DNA of 64,000 nt from Octopus vulgaris (taxonomy: Eukaryota). Below the pieces are notes generated by a model, which was given only the letters and a program-made list of their open reading frames with translations, searched no databases and had not been told where the DNA came from. The first letter of the stretch is position 1. Each line of letters opens with the position of its first letter. The stretch covers positions 25,916,001-25,980,000 of the forward strand of contig OX597838.1 of the NCBI GenBank assembly GCA_951406725.2. Direction: 5' to 3'. The position numbers were made by a program, and so were the translations under genes. This document shows, in pieces, positions 45,533 through 59,569 of the stretch.

Positions 45533-46355
45533 TTATTACACGGTGAAGCTATTAAGCCAGAGCCAATACTGAACAACATGTAGCTACCATATTTGACACT
45601 TGCCTAAGGTGTCACACAGTAGGACTGAACCTGAAACCATGTGGTTGCAAAGCAAGTTTCTTAACCAAATAGCCAGACCTGTGGCCATTTTTAAAACAAT
45701 AGCCAATAAAATAAATCTATTTGGCCAATGCAGAGCTGAGTCAAAATACAGCTACAATCAGCCCCCCCAGCAAGAAAATAAATTAGTAGACAGAAGAGGG
45801 GGGGGAGACATTTTTTAAATATAGTGAAACAAAAAAAGGAATTGGGGAGAGGTAATGATGGAGTTTAAAACATAGGTGTCGTATCCAGTGTCCCACAAAT
45901 TCAAAGCTTATGTAACAGTTGATCTGTCGCAGAGGTACAAAGCCAGAAATACCGGGGGGGGGGGGGGACATGTGGGGGGCATGAGGAGGGATTTGGAATG
46001 AGGGTGTATAGTCAACTATATCAATCCTACATATTAGGTTGTCAGATGAATTTGTTTATTTTTATTTTTATTTTTCTACTTGGCATTCTATTGTCGCAGG
46101 TGTGAAAAGAGGTGAAGTTTATTCAAATTTCGAAAACAATGAACAAAAGTTGTGGAGGAACTACAGAAGAAGAAAGAAAAAAAAAAACGGAAAAGAAAAG
46201 AAACACCCCATAAAATACTGCAATAAAAATATTTTGTGTGTTAATTCAAATTACACTGGGAAACATTAAAATAAATGAACAAATTAATCTGACAACCCAA
46301 CAGCTGAGTGGTACTATATCCAACTGGACTGAACCTTAATGTTACCCTCATCGAA

Positions 46356-46703
46356 ATCGAATTGAACCAGCCAGGATCCCTGGTCTGGTGGTACGTAAAA
46401 AGCACTATCCGACTCGTGGCCGATGCCAGCGCCGCCTCGACTGGCTTCCGTGCCGGTGGCACATAAAATACAGCAATCCGACCGTGGCCGTTGCCAGCCT
46501 CGCCTGGCACCTGTGCAGGTGGCACGTAAAAAGCACCCACTACACTCACGGAGTGGTTGGCGTTAGGAAGGGCATCCAGCTGTAGAAACATTGCCAGATT
46601 AAACTGGAGCCTGGTGCAGCCTTCTGGCTTCCCAGATCCCCGGTCGAACCGTCCAACCCATGCTAGCATGGAGAACGGACGTTAAACGATGATGATGATG
46701 ATG
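46356..46703 (+). mobile_element. SINE family C, long copy with internal repeats
   Basis: Repeated ggtggcacgtaaaaagcac units, family core and (GAT)n tail. Confidence 0.88.
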
Positions 46704-49415
46704 AATGAGATCTGAACTCAAAACAGCCACAGAGAAACTCCCACTTTATAATAATTACTAACATAGGTACAAACAGATTTTGGCGTGGACGAAGAGGTTG
46801 CAGATTGGGGAGGCGGAGAAGTAACTAATTTAAACTGAATTTTAGTTTAACTGGTTTCGGCACTTGACTGGTACTTTATTGATCTTGGATGGGGACAAAG
46901 GACTGCGTTAACCCTAGTAAGATCTGAACCCAGAATGAAACCATTACTGTAAAGCATTTCACCAGCTACCCTACCAGCTAATTAGTTAACCGATAACACA
47001 TTAGTATTATTGGTTAATTAATTACTAATGACTGTTTGTAACACAGGCACCAAGGCCAGAAACTTTGCGGGTGGAGAATAGCTGGCCATATGGATGGAAC
47101 CCAGCACCGCGAATGGTACCATTATCTTCTTGACTTCACATGGATGAAGGGCAAATGGAAGAAGATGACCTACACAAGATTTGAACTCAAAATGTAGATA
47201 TGATGAAACCAAATACTGCAAAGTATTTCCTCTGCTACTGTACCTGCCAATCAACCAATACTACTAATAACACCACCACTACTACTACTACTTCTACCAC
47301 CACCAATAATAATAATAACAATAATAATAGTAATAATAAAATCTTTGAAGTTGTTGATAACGCGCCAAGTTATGAATCTCCTTGGATTCTGAAGAGAGAA
47401 AGAAGAGAGGTAATTATGCTTAATATCCTTTTATCTCCAGGAGGGTGGTAAAGGAGTGGGGGAGGGGACTCATTTCACCTTATGCGATGAAAAAAAAAGA
47501 AAAACAAAGAAAGAAAGCAGGGTGGAAATAATAACGAATAAACAGATTTAGTAAGCACCCCACTAGGTTTTTTTTTTTTTTACTTTTATTTCTATTTTTT
47601 TTTTACACTCACCCACCTGCCTACCTACCTACCCTAACGGGCTAAAATCATACCTGTGCCCCAGAATGGCTCTCCAGATACCCTGGCACATTCCCAACTC
47701 AGATGTTCAGTGGTGGTGGTGGGTGGTGATGGTGCACACGGAATGCTACCCCTCGCATCACATTGCACCCCCACCCCACCCCACCTGTACAACTATCTCG
47801 TTAACCACACCTTAGCACCAACTCCCTCTGTACCCTCACCTTCCTTTATCTTCTCGCCACTGTAGCATATCATCCACCCTGTTAGCACCACCCCCACCCC
47901 AAGTTCTTGCAGCAGCAGAAGATGAAGATGAAGAAGAAGACGATGATGATAATGATGAAAAACACCGAAGAAAGAAAGACGTCAGGCTGATTGTGTTGTG
48001 CGGAGAACAAGAATAGCCATATATGTATGTATCAAAGTAAACAGAGGCTTTCTCATTTCAAAGAGAAGTGGGGGGGTGGGGTGGATGGTGCAGGGAATGG
48101 TTTGATTGGAGGCTCTAACAGCAGCAACAACAACAACAGCAGCAGAAACAAAGAGAAATGATCCTATCTTGAAAAAAGAGATAGGAGGTGAGCAGGTAGG
48201 GAGGCGAGATGATGGGTAGGTAGGAGGTGAGCAAGTAGAAAATGCAGAACAGCTTGGAATAGCTCCACACTTCGTGTCTTAGTTCACCAAGAAAATGTAG
48301 CCAAGATAACAACCAAAATAAATAAATACATGAACTAAAAAAAAATAACAGCCTCCCCATCCAGTTCTTCCAGGTGAGCCTCTCCTCCTCCTCCTCCTCC
48401 TCCAATCTGAAGAGTGAAGGGCAGAGGTGGGTAAAAGGAGTTTAGGTTACATACAGTTACCTTCAAAAATATATACTGCAACACACACAGGGCTAGCTAG
48501 ATAGAGACTGTTGCGTGTGACAGAGCTAGAGAGGGAGGGGGAGAGAGAGATGAGGGGGATGGATAAGAAAAAGGGTAAGTTAAAGATAAAGGAAGAAGGG
48601 GTGGATGTATATGGGAGGGTGCGTGGAATCTAGCAAACAAATTTCTTGAAGTACAAAAGTACAAGCTGACAGAGAAAATAAATATATCGCCACCGTCTTG
48701 CCATCACCAGTCAGTTGGGGATATAACGGTGTGGGAGGATGGATGGAGGCAGGGGGTAAATGAATGGGGTGGGGAGGAGTAGAAGTTTTCCATGATTCAT
48801 CATCAACATTTAGTCTATAGACCTTTATACTCAGAGTTTGAATCTCTCCAAGGTCACTTGTCTTTCACTTTTCTAAGGTCGATGCAACAAAATACCAGTG
48901 GTATACTGAGGTCAATCTAGTCACCTGTACTGAATTTGTGGCCTTGTGGCACTCCATTGATTACGATGACAATGAGGGCTCCAGTTGATCCGATCAATGG
49001 AACAGCTTGCTCATGAAATTAATGTGCAAGTGGCCGAGCGCTCCACAGACTTGTGTACCCTTAACGTAGTTCTCAGGGAGATTCAGCATGGGACAGAATG
49101 GGACAGGGTTGGCCCCTTTGAATTACAGGTACAACTCGTTTTTGCCAGCTGAGTGGACAGGAGTAATGTGAAATAAAGTGTCTTGCTTAAGGACACATTG
49201 AACTCATGACTATACGATTGTATGCTGAACACCCTATTAAGCCACGTGCTTTGTGGCCTTGTGTCTATCCTAGAAATCCTCATTATCATTGTGAAGAATT
49301 CAAATCTTGCCAAGGTAAACCATAGTATTCCATTCAAGTACAGAGATGTGATATAATCAATGAATAACCCCTGTATTCAAAAATTATTAACCTGCCTTGT
49401 AGGGACTCTCTAAGT

Positions 49416-49570
49416 CAGTGGTTCCCAACCTGTGGTCTGCAAAGGTAGTACTGGGGGACCATGAACTAAATTTAAAATTTCATATAAGAATAAGCATATT
49501 AAAAGGGGTCTGTGGGAAAACTCATTTAAATAAAAGGGGTCCTTGGTAGTGAAAAGGTTGGGAACCACTG
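49416..49570. mobile_element. hAT (Charlie-like) MITE, 155 bp
   Basis: 15-bp TIR cagtggttcccaacc / ggttgggaaccactg; 8-bp TSD ctctaagt / ttctaagt. Confidence 0.9.
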
Positions 49571-50554
49571 TTCTAAGTCAATGTTGTCTATGCAGTGGAA
49601 CTGAACCTGAAACCATGAGGCACAGCTGTGTGGTTAAGACACTTGTCCAAGGTGCTGTACACTGTGATTGAACCCAAAACTACATTGTAAAGCTACATTT
49701 TTTTTTCAAAATTTACTTTACATCCATTCTATATTAGCACAGGATAGGTGAATACATTACTGAGACATTGTTGTAACAGCTGGATGACCTTGCTGGTTAG
49801 GGTGTTGCACTCACAATCGCGAGGTTGTGGTTTCAATTCCTAGATCGGGTGGTGTGTTGTGTTCTTGAGCAAATCACTTCATCTCACGATCTGGGGTCAC
49901 TTTGACACCTGGTGCGTGGCACACCGTGGTCCTGCTCAGGCAACGTCGATTTGCTAGAAACAATGAGCTAAAGTACAGCACACACATTTGATCACTAAAC
50001 AAATCATTTGTGCAGATCTTTTGGTAAAAGAGCTGAACGCTCACACGTCGTTAAGCAAGAGAGAGAGAGAGAAAGAGTGATACACAGCAAAGCCAAGAAA
50101 CAATGACCAAACCACAGATGATATACAACAAGATTGATATCAAGTAATTCTAATTTTGGTACAAGGCCAGATTGATATCTAATAATATTGTTACAAACTA
50201 ATGATTTCTTAGAGACAAAGGCCTCCACGAATTTGGTGGAGGGGGGGGCGAAGAGCTGGAACAAAAGCTTTTGTCCATATAACGAAATGTAGAATAACAC
50301 AGTAAAAGTAAAAATAGAAGTTTAATATGTGTATACTGTTTAAGCTGAGGTCAGTCTTGTTTGTGCAGACGTGTTCTTCAATGCATTCCGGTAGTGACCA
50401 TCCCATCTTTTTCTTAAACAGTTTGTTTAGGACTACATCAACCAATGCTTTTTTTTAACCCTTTATCATTAAGATTATTCTCTGAAATGTAATGTTTGTT
50501 TATTCATGTTGTTTTGAATTGACCACGCATCGTCTTGTAGCTTTGAGATTTCCA

Positions 50555-51225
50555 TGTGGTTGTTTAATTTTGGAATGAGATTGTTGGCTAGGTGAGAGAA
50601 GCCAGACAAGACTGGCTAGAATATTTGAGCCAGCTATGGCCAGTTTAAATGCTCAAGTGTTAATAGGTAGGAAGGATGGGATTTGGTTACTATTTCTAGC
50701 AGGTCAATCGAAAGGTGGGTGTTTAATTTTAGAATGAAATTGTTGGCTAGGTGAGAGAAGCCAGACCTGGCTGGTTGGAATATAAAACAGGTAGACTATT
50801 TGAGCCAGGTATGGCCAGTTTCAATGCCCAAGTGTTAATAGGTAGGAAGGATGGGATTTGGTTGCTATTTCTAGCAGGTCAATCAAAAGGTGGTTGTTTG
50901 ATTTTAAAATGAAATTGTTGGCTAGGTGAGAGAAGCCAGACCTAGCTGGTTGGAATATAAAACAGGTAGAATATTTGTGCCAGGTATGGCCAGTTTCAAT
51001 AGGTAGGAAGGATGGGATTTGGTTGCTATTTCTAGCAGGTCAATCAAAAGGTGGTTGTTTGATTTTAAAATGAAATTGTTGGCTAGGTGAGAGAAGCCAG
51101 ATCTGGTTGGTTGGAATATAAAACAGGTAGACTATTTGAGCCAGGTATGGCTAGTTTAAATGTTTAAGTGTTAATAGGTAGGAAGGATGGGATTTGGTTG
51201 CTATTTCTAGCAGGTCAATCGAAAG
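50555..51225. repeat. Tandem repeat, 4 copies of about 160-175 bp
   Basis: Repeated attgttggctaggtgagagaagccaga...ggatgggatttggttgctatttctagcaggtcaatc. Confidence 0.92.
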
Positions 51226-51953
51226 GCTTCATCATGTCTACAATGGCTATCAAAATGTAAATTGTCTTAGTTCCAATACACCATCTCAGTTCAAACCACC
51301 TGCTAATCAAGTCGAATGCAATGATAATAGTAATAATAATAATAACAATAACAATAATTTATTTGCTACAGGTGTATATGTGACAGAGGTGGGGGAGAGA
51401 CAAGGGGGGGAAAGAGAGAGGGAGAGACAGAGGGTGAGGAGAGAGAGAATATTTGTGTTTACTATTAAAATGTATCCTGTAAGGCAACTGCCAAGTACAA
51501 TAGACAACAATGACACGGAGAGAGAGAGACATCATCCAAGAATTAGTAGAAAGAAACATTCTGTGATAGCTGTCTACATTCTTGCAGCAGTAGTAGTAGC
51601 AGCAGCAGCAGCAGTAGTAGTCGTAGTAGTATTTGTAGTTTGTAAAAAGCTTTTGATATTCAAGCGAGAACAGTTGTTACATACTGATTATTGTATAATT
51701 ATATTTGGAGAGGACACAGCATATAATTTTGCTTGTGTGTGTGTGGGTGGGTATATAAGGAATATATGTCTTCCCTTATTCTTGTTTAATCTTTTGCAGG
51801 TGCTTGTCAGCCATTGTACTGTGGCCATTCTGGGGCACAAGTTTTCTAAACTGTGTTCAATTATTGTTGAAGCCAGTACTAGTTTCGGGTTTGGTTGGAT
51901 GGAAAGGAAATCAGTGTGGATGTAGAGTAGGGATACTTGAATGAATGAATGAA

Positions 51954-51994
<41 letters not shown>

Positions 51995-52069
51995 TATCAT
52001 ATACAAAACGTTGAATAAGAAAATAACTGAGGGAAAATATAGTCAATGAGAGAGTGAGGGAAAGCGCGC

Positions 52070-52219
52070 AGAGAGAGAGAGAGAAAGCAGAGAGAAAACA
52101 GAAAGTGAGAGCACAAGAAAAAGAGAAAAAAAGAGCGCGAGAAAACGAGTGGGAGAGAGAGCACAGGAAAGCTAGAGAGCAAGAGAGGGAGAGCAAGCGA
52201 GAGAGAGAGAGAGAGGAAG

Positions 52220-52284
<65 letters not shown>

Positions 52285-52800
52285 AAGAGAGAGAGAGAGC
52301 AAGAGAGAGAGAGAGAGCAAGAGAGAGAGAGAGAGCAAGAGAGAGAGAGAGAGCAAGAGAGAGAGAGAGAGCAAGAGAGAGAGAGAGCAAGAGAGAGAGA
52401 GAGAGAGCAAGAGAGAGAGAGAGAGCAAGAGAGAGAGAGAGAGCAAGAGAGAGAGAGAGAGCAAGAGAGGGAGAGAGAGAGAGCAAGAGAGCAAGAGAGC
52501 GAGAGAGCAAGAGAGGGAGAGAGCAAGAGAGGGAGAGAACAAGAGAGGGAGAGAACAAGAGAGGGAGAGAACAAGAGAGGGAGAGAACAAGAGAGGGAGA
52601 GAACAAGAGAGGGAGAGAACAAGAGAGGGAGAGAACAAGAGAGGGAGAGAACAAGAGAGGGAGAGAACAAGAGAGGGAGAGAGAAAGAGAGGGAGAGAGA
52701 AAGAGAAGGAGAGAAAGAGAGGGAGAAAGCGAGAGAGCAAGAGAGAGAGAGAGCAAGAGAGGGAGAGAGCAAGAGAGGGAGAGCAAGAAGGCGAGAGAGA
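52070..52800. repeat. (GA)n array with GAGCAA/GAACAA variant units
   Basis: Direct inspection. Confidence 0.95.
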
Positions 52801-53419
52801 GAATGAGAGCAGGTGGAATGTAAAATACAAACAGCCAGAAACAACTGGGAATGGGTGTCCTCTGGGAGGTGGTGGAGGTGGTGGTTAAACTGGATATTGG
52901 AAGGGGAGTGTGAGGAGGAGGAGAGAGTGGAGGGGAGAGAGTGGAGGAGAGAGAGAGAGAGGGGAGGGAGAGGGGGTGTACGTTAAGAGAAAGCCAACAG
53001 AAAAACCAGCAGAAAGTCAGATCAGGGAAAATCCACAACAAAGAGATGCCGCAGCAGCTACTGATGCAGCCGCTGCAACAGCTATTGCTGCAGCATCAAC
53101 AGCTGTTGTTGCTGCTGCTGCAGCATTTAATAGGGGAGCCTCAGATGGAAGCAGCTCGACCCGCTAGAAATAGCAGCCAAACCAGTCGCAAAAAACCCCA
53201 CAGCCAACCATTCAAAAAGAAAAGTAAAAAAAAAGGGGTCATGTGTGTGTGTGTGTGTGTGTGTGTGCAAGGCTACGTTGTCCTGTGTTTGACTATTAAG
53301 ACGAATGATCATGGCATCATGGCTGTAATTCTTTTGACCTGTAAGCCTGCTCAATCAAGCCTGACCTAGGGCTAAACCAGGACAGCCAACAGAAACTACA
53401 TTGGGCACCACCAATGCAA

Positions 53420-53445
53420 CCACCAACACCACCATCAAAGCTACT

Positions 53446-53480
<35 letters not shown>

Positions 53481-53950
53481 ATGACAACCATCACCACTAC
53501 TACCACCACCCCACAATCACAGCTACCACTACCAACACTACCTGTACCACAATAATCATGGCTACTACCACCACTGTTACTACTACAACTTGTACCATAA
53601 TATTTATGGTGGTTGCTGCAACAACTATGACAACAATCACCATCACCACCAGCATTATCATCATGATGACCATTGTACCACAACAACAATAGCCACCACC
53701 ATCACCACCGCACCTGCTACAACAACTATGAATATGACCAGCACCACGACGACTGCAGCCATTACAGCAATCACTACTATCCCCAGAACAACAACAACAA
53801 CAACAACCACCGCTGCTGCTGCTACTACTGTTATCGCTAGTACAATTATTGTGACCATTACAACAACCACGACTACTGCTGCTGCTGCTACTACTACTAC
53901 TACCACCACCACCACAGTCGTCGTCGTCACCACATCCACCACCATCACCA
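53420..53950. repeat. Degenerate trinucleotide tract (ACC/ACT/ACA/GCT)
   Basis: Direct inspection. Confidence 0.9.
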
Positions 53951-54949
53951 GAATTGGTAGACAGTAATACAAAGCATTTGCAGCAATGATGAAGAGCGAC
54001 TGTTTGTAGTAAACAGCAAAACCCCTCCCGACATAAGTAGTTCAGTCGTTGATGTTGACAATCAATGTCGGAGGACATTGAGGGGCGGTGGTGCTGACGA
54101 CAACAACGATGATGGTGGCGGCGGCGGTGGTCATTGATTGAATGATTGATTGATTGATCTGGCACTCAAACAAGTACCTCCATTCTCTCTAGCATCGTCG
54201 TCGTCATCATTGCCACCAATAATAATAATAATAATAATAATTAATTAATTAATTCTTGTTTTATTGACCACAAGGGTCTAATATAAATCAAAAACATTGT
54301 AAGGACAAAGGCAGGACAAAAAGTACAAAGGGTTTTGTCCAAAAAGAAAAGTCCGTGTAAAAGGCAGGACGAAAAGTACAAAGGCTTTTGTCCAAAAAGA
54401 AAGGTCCGTGTAAACATTAACAGCCCAAAATATAAATAAGCTCCCAATAGGGGGGAGGCGCTTTGAAAGGTTACACGTGGAAAAACCCATAAAAGCCACA
54501 GGAGCCTGGTCAAAAGTGGGTAGAGAGCCCCTTCTCCTTATATAATAATAATAATAATAATAATAATGACAATGGCAGTGTAATTAGCATCAACATTATT
54601 ACATCACCAACACCGCAAGCCGCCATAGTGTAAGCTTGGCTTAGCTTAGCTCACATTGATGTTATCAACAGTAACAAACAGTAAACATTGCCAGTGCCTC
54701 CACTGCTGCCATCAGTGGTGGTGACCACATATACCACTATTAAGAACTGTATGCAATAAGCTTTAGAATAATAGCTAACCCTTTACCACCCACACACCTC
54801 CATCATCATCATCATCAATGTGATCTTGCAGAATAATTGGGTTGAATTTACCTCTCCCTGTACTTTATTTTTAATTTTCTATTTTTTTTCCTTTTTGGTG
54901 TGTGTGTGTGTGTGGGGGGTGAGAGTTACATAATGATAGTGCTAGAATG

Positions 54950-55440
54950 AGGGGGGGAGAAAGGGAAGAACAAGGAGAGGGAAAGGGGAGAACAAGAAGG
55001 GGAGGGGAGAGCAAGGAGAGAGGGGAAGGAGGAGAGCAAGGAGAGAGAGGGGAAGGAGGAGAGCAAGGAGAGAGGGGGAAGGAGAGCAGAGGGAGATGGG
55101 AAGGAGGAGAGCAGAGGGAGATGGGAAGGAGGAGAGCAGAGGGAGATGGGAAGGAGGAGAGCAGAGGGAGATGGGAAGGAGGAGAGCAGAGGGAGATGGG
55201 AAGGAGGAGAGCAGAGGGAGAGGGGAAGGAGGAGAGCAAGGGAGAGGGGAAGGAGGAGAGCAAGGAGAGAGGAGAAGGGGGAGAGCAAGGAGAGAGGGGA
55301 AGGAGGAGAGCAAGGAGAGAGGGGAGAAAGGAAGGAGGAAAGAGAAAGGGGAGAAGGAAAGAGGGTGACCAAGGAGAGAGGGGAAGAGAAGGAGAGAAAA
55401 AGAGGAAGAACAAGAGGTGTGAGGAAAGAGGGAGAGGAGA
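54950..55440. repeat. Purine-rich minisatellite (gggaaggaggagagcagagggagat-type units)
   Basis: Direct inspection. Confidence 0.9.
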
Positions 55441-57200
55441 TGTTTCTAGAATTTAGTCTGTTGTTGGTTTACAATGTTCACACTGATGTTTTGATATTTG
55501 GTATTGTAGCTGTAGTCAAGCTTCTATAGCAGAGACTGAGACAAACAGACAGTATTCGAGGAAGATTTATTTTGGTTTTTGTCTAACTCCAAGTCAACCC
55601 CAGCTGAATAATCTATGGCAAAAGGGGTTCTTATCCTTGTGGGGTCAAGACTAGTTTAAGTAGCACAGCCCTTTCTTTTATGCTTCTTTTTCTCTTCTTA
55701 AGACAATAAGGTATGTGACTTGAAGATTTGGCTATTTGTAATAGCAGTAGTGGTAGTAAATTAGCCAGGTATAGCTATGTGGTTAAGATGTTGACTCCCT
55801 AATGAAAGGGTTTCAGGTTCAGTCCCACTGCAGTGTACCTTGGACAGGCAGGTGCCTACGAGAGTTTGTGGCTAACAAAAGCCTTGTAAGGATTTGGCAG
55901 ATGGAAACTGAAATGGAAAAACTGTGTTGCGTGTGTGTGTGAAATGAGTATTAACATTGTTCTGAGACAGAGATACGTGCAGGCACTGCACACAGCTGTA
56001 AAAAACAGAAACACGCTGGTTAGGTGTATTAAAAATACTCAAATTTTCTCAATATTTTGCTGTTTCCTAACTTGCCTCAATAGCTTATGGCATAGATGGA
56101 AACATAGGTGAAACATGCTTTGAGCTACAGTGACAACAGCATCAGGACTGGTCCTTCTCTTTATGGTCAGGAGATACTTCAGCTCCTAACAGTTAACTTT
56201 CTAGAAAGCTCAGGTAAGGGCCAAATTGGAGTAAACATTGCTCTCGTACCTGGAATGGTGCAGCTGTAACATACATTGCATCCAGAAAAGGGGCCACTGA
56301 CTGATTGGCATGAAGTCACTCACAGACATGCTCCAACCACTTAAGCCCACAGATGAATGGTTTCTTTTCAATCCCTGAGTTTTCTGCTGCTACTGCTATA
56401 ATGGTCTTGGTTTCTGGGAGCTGAATGGGGTCATGCCATTCTTTCCACATGGACTCTCTTGTGCACCTCATCTCCTTTTGCCCTTGTTGTGTCCAGCCCT
56501 TCTGTTTCCAATAAGCTTCACACAACCACTAAACCCAGTACAGCCTTCCAAGAACATTGGTCCCTTGGAAATCACCAACCTGCTCATATCTCTCTTAGAG
56601 GATTTTTGACTTACAAAGGTTCAAGAGAAACATTAATGACATCAATCTCAGAGACTGTAAGGGACGAGGGCGCTGCAAAGGTCTTGGACACTATCCATTC
56701 CTCTTGACCCAGCAAATAAAAAGAAAAATAATGTAAAACAGAAAACCATTCAGTGTTGGATTTCTCCCCAAGACAAATATCTGAAGCTGATGCCATGCAG
56801 AATCAGACAAGGTTAGTCTAAAAAACCTCAACAAAAGACAAGGCTTGTGGTTAAGAAGGCTGCTTTGCAACCTCATGAGCTCGGGTTCAGTCCCATTGTG
56901 CAGCACCTTGGGAAAGTGTCTACAAAAGCTCGAGGATGACCAATGCCTTGCGAATGACTCTGGCCAGTAGAAACTTTAGAGGTCCATTGCATGCGAGTGA
57001 GTATATAAATATAAGTTTAAAAAAGAACAATGCACAAACAAATGGAAAACAGACGCATAAGGTCATCAGTTATCAGCCAGGGGGTATGTTTCCCATTTGT
57101 GCATTTATGTTTTTTTTAACCTAATTAGTGGAAAGCTATGTACCCTTAATTACATATATATACATATATATTTGTGTGTGTATACTCATATATATATATA

Positions 57201-57365
57201 GGCGCAGGAGTGGCTGTGTGGTAAGTAGCTTGCTTACCAACCACATGGTTTCGGGTTCGGTCCCACTGCGTGGCACCTTGGGCAAATGTCTTCTACTATA
57301 GCCTCAGGCCGACCAAAGCCTTGTGAGTGGATTTGGTAGACGGAAACTGAAAGAAGCCCGTCGTA

Positions 57366-57425
<60 letters not shown>

Positions 57426-57640
57426 TGTGTGTGTGTGTTTGTGTGTCTGTGTTTGTACCCCTAGCATTGCTTGACAACCGATGCTGGTGTGTTTATGTCC
57501 CCGTTACTTAGCGGTTCGGCAAAAGAGACCGATAGAATAAGTACTGGGCTTACAAAAGAATAAGTCCCGGGGTCGAGTTGCTCGATTAAAGGCGGTGCTC
57601 CAGCATGGCCGCAGTCAAATGACTGAAACGAGTAAAAGAG
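57201..57640 (+). mobile_element. tRNA-derived SINE (family A), full length with internal (TA)n(TG)n
   Basis: ggcgcaggagtggctgtgtggtaagtagc head, ggttcggtccc B-box-like motif, gagtaaaagag tail. Confidence 0.9.
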
Positions 57641-57815
57641 TATATGCACGTGCATCTTTGTGTTTGTCCCCCACCACAGCTCGACAACAGGTGTTGGTTT
57701 GTTTTCAGCCCTATAACTAAGCCGTGTGGCAAGAGGCTGACATTTTAAGTACCAGATTTAAAATAAGAACTGGGCGACAGTTTGGCTAGGACCCGCCAAG
57801 GTAGTGCACCAGCTA

Positions 57816-58028
<213 letters not shown>

Positions 58029-58059
58029 TTACTTTCCAGTAATGTTGGAAACAAGTTGA

Positions 58060-58300
58060 AATTCGAGGTGGTTTGGGAATGTCATCCACTCGTCAGGGAT
58101 GGCCAGAAGAGGTGACAGACGTAGAGGAAGAGAGAGAAAGAAGTGGGGAAGAAGAACCTGTGTGAGTGGACAGGCCTAAAGATGAGAGACACTGTACGAG
58201 AGACCGAAGACAAAGACGGGCAGAGAGATCTGGTCGCAAGGTCACCAGTGATGCCCCAATGGTCAGCCAGACTGTGGGATACTTAATGTAATGTAAAAAA
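58060..58300 (+). mobile_element. RTE-clade LINE 3' end relic
   Basis: Translates with one frameshift as RWFGNVIHSSGMA..GDRRRGRERKKW / KNLCEWTGLKMRDTVRETEDKDGQRDLVARSPVMPQWSARLWDT*, then a taatgtaatgt tail. Confidence 0.75.
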
Positions 58301-59569
58301 GTCATTAGGTTAGCATTAGGTTAGATACAAGATGACAACTCAATAAATAAAAGGGCTTTCTCTTAAAACAATCATTAAACATAATTAGGTGCAGTCATGG
58401 CTGTATCATAAGGTCTGGAGTTCAATTCCTAGTGGTGTGTTGTGTCCTTGAGCAAGACACTTTATTTCACGTTGCTCCAGTCCACTTAACTGGCAAAAAT
58501 GAGTAGTATCTGTATTTCAAAAAGGTCAGCCTTGTTACATTGTATCATGCTGAATCTCCCTCCAAACTACATCAAGAGTACATGTGTCTGAGGAGTACTT
58601 GGCCACTTGCAAGTTAATTTCATGAGCAGGCTGTTCTGTTGATCAGATCAGCTGGAACCTTTGTCCTCGTAACTGACAGAGTGCTAGTTTAAGTGATAAC
58701 CTAATACAATAGGCATAAAACGGCAAGGATAAGTGTAATTTAAAAACAGGTAGAATTGATGGACGATGAAACAAAATGCCTTATGCTCATTAGTTATGAT
58801 CCTTTATGTTCTGAGTTCAAATCTAGATGATGTCTATTTTGCCCTTCATCCTTCCTGAGCACAACATAATCAATGGTTCTACACTCCACTAAAACTTCTG
58901 GCTTCCTACATATGTAAGATCATTATTACAGTAATTAGAATGAAAACTTTAGCTCGTTACCATGGAAGTTAAATGTATGTAAACAGTGAAGATTACACAC
59001 AAGTAATCAACAGAGTTGCTAGGTGACTAAATATCAATAGACTTAATTAGCAATTGTTAAACTAAGTCAAAGTAGCAGCAGATTATTATCATTACTGCAG
59101 ACTCGTTAACATGCCAGACTAAATGCTTAACTGCATTTCGTCCATCTTTGTGTTTTGAGTTCAAACTCCACTGAGGTTGACTTTCTCTTTCATCCTTTCG
59201 AGGTTGATGAAGTAAGTACCAGCTGACCAGTGGGTTCAATGTAATCAAATCAGCTCCTCCTCCCTACAAAATTTCAGGCCTTGTGCCTATAGATGAAAGG
59301 ATTATCATCATCATCATCATTAGGTGGTGAGCTGGCAGAATCGTTAGTGCACCAAACAAAATGCTTTGTGGCATTTCTTCCAACACAAAATTCCGAGTTC
59401 AAACTCCACTAAGGCCAACTTTGTTGTCACCCTTTTAGGGTTGATAAAAGTAACAGTTCAGCACTGGTGTAAACAACCTGCCCTTCCCCTTAAAATCTTC
59501 TAGCCATCTGTCAGAATCTGAAACCATTATTATCATCATTATTACAGAGGAGTGTGTGTGTGTGAGTGA

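Noticed and set aside
47890-48405. Sarcolamban/phospholamban-like micropeptide ORFs inside the SERCA intron
   Set aside because: The hydrophobic frame (VFFIIIIIVFFFIFIF) has no ATG and derives from simple repeats; the ATG-initiated MRKPLFTLIHTYMAILVLRTTSQA-like 24-mer lacks a convincing TM helix.
51879-55529. Long ORFs (up to 321 aa) of LS/RE/T/V repeats
   Set aside because: Translations of GA, trinucleotide and purine-rich satellites; no domain content. The same applies to ORFs at 2199-2543, 8384-8982, 10515-10879, 12207-12844 and 29649-30205.
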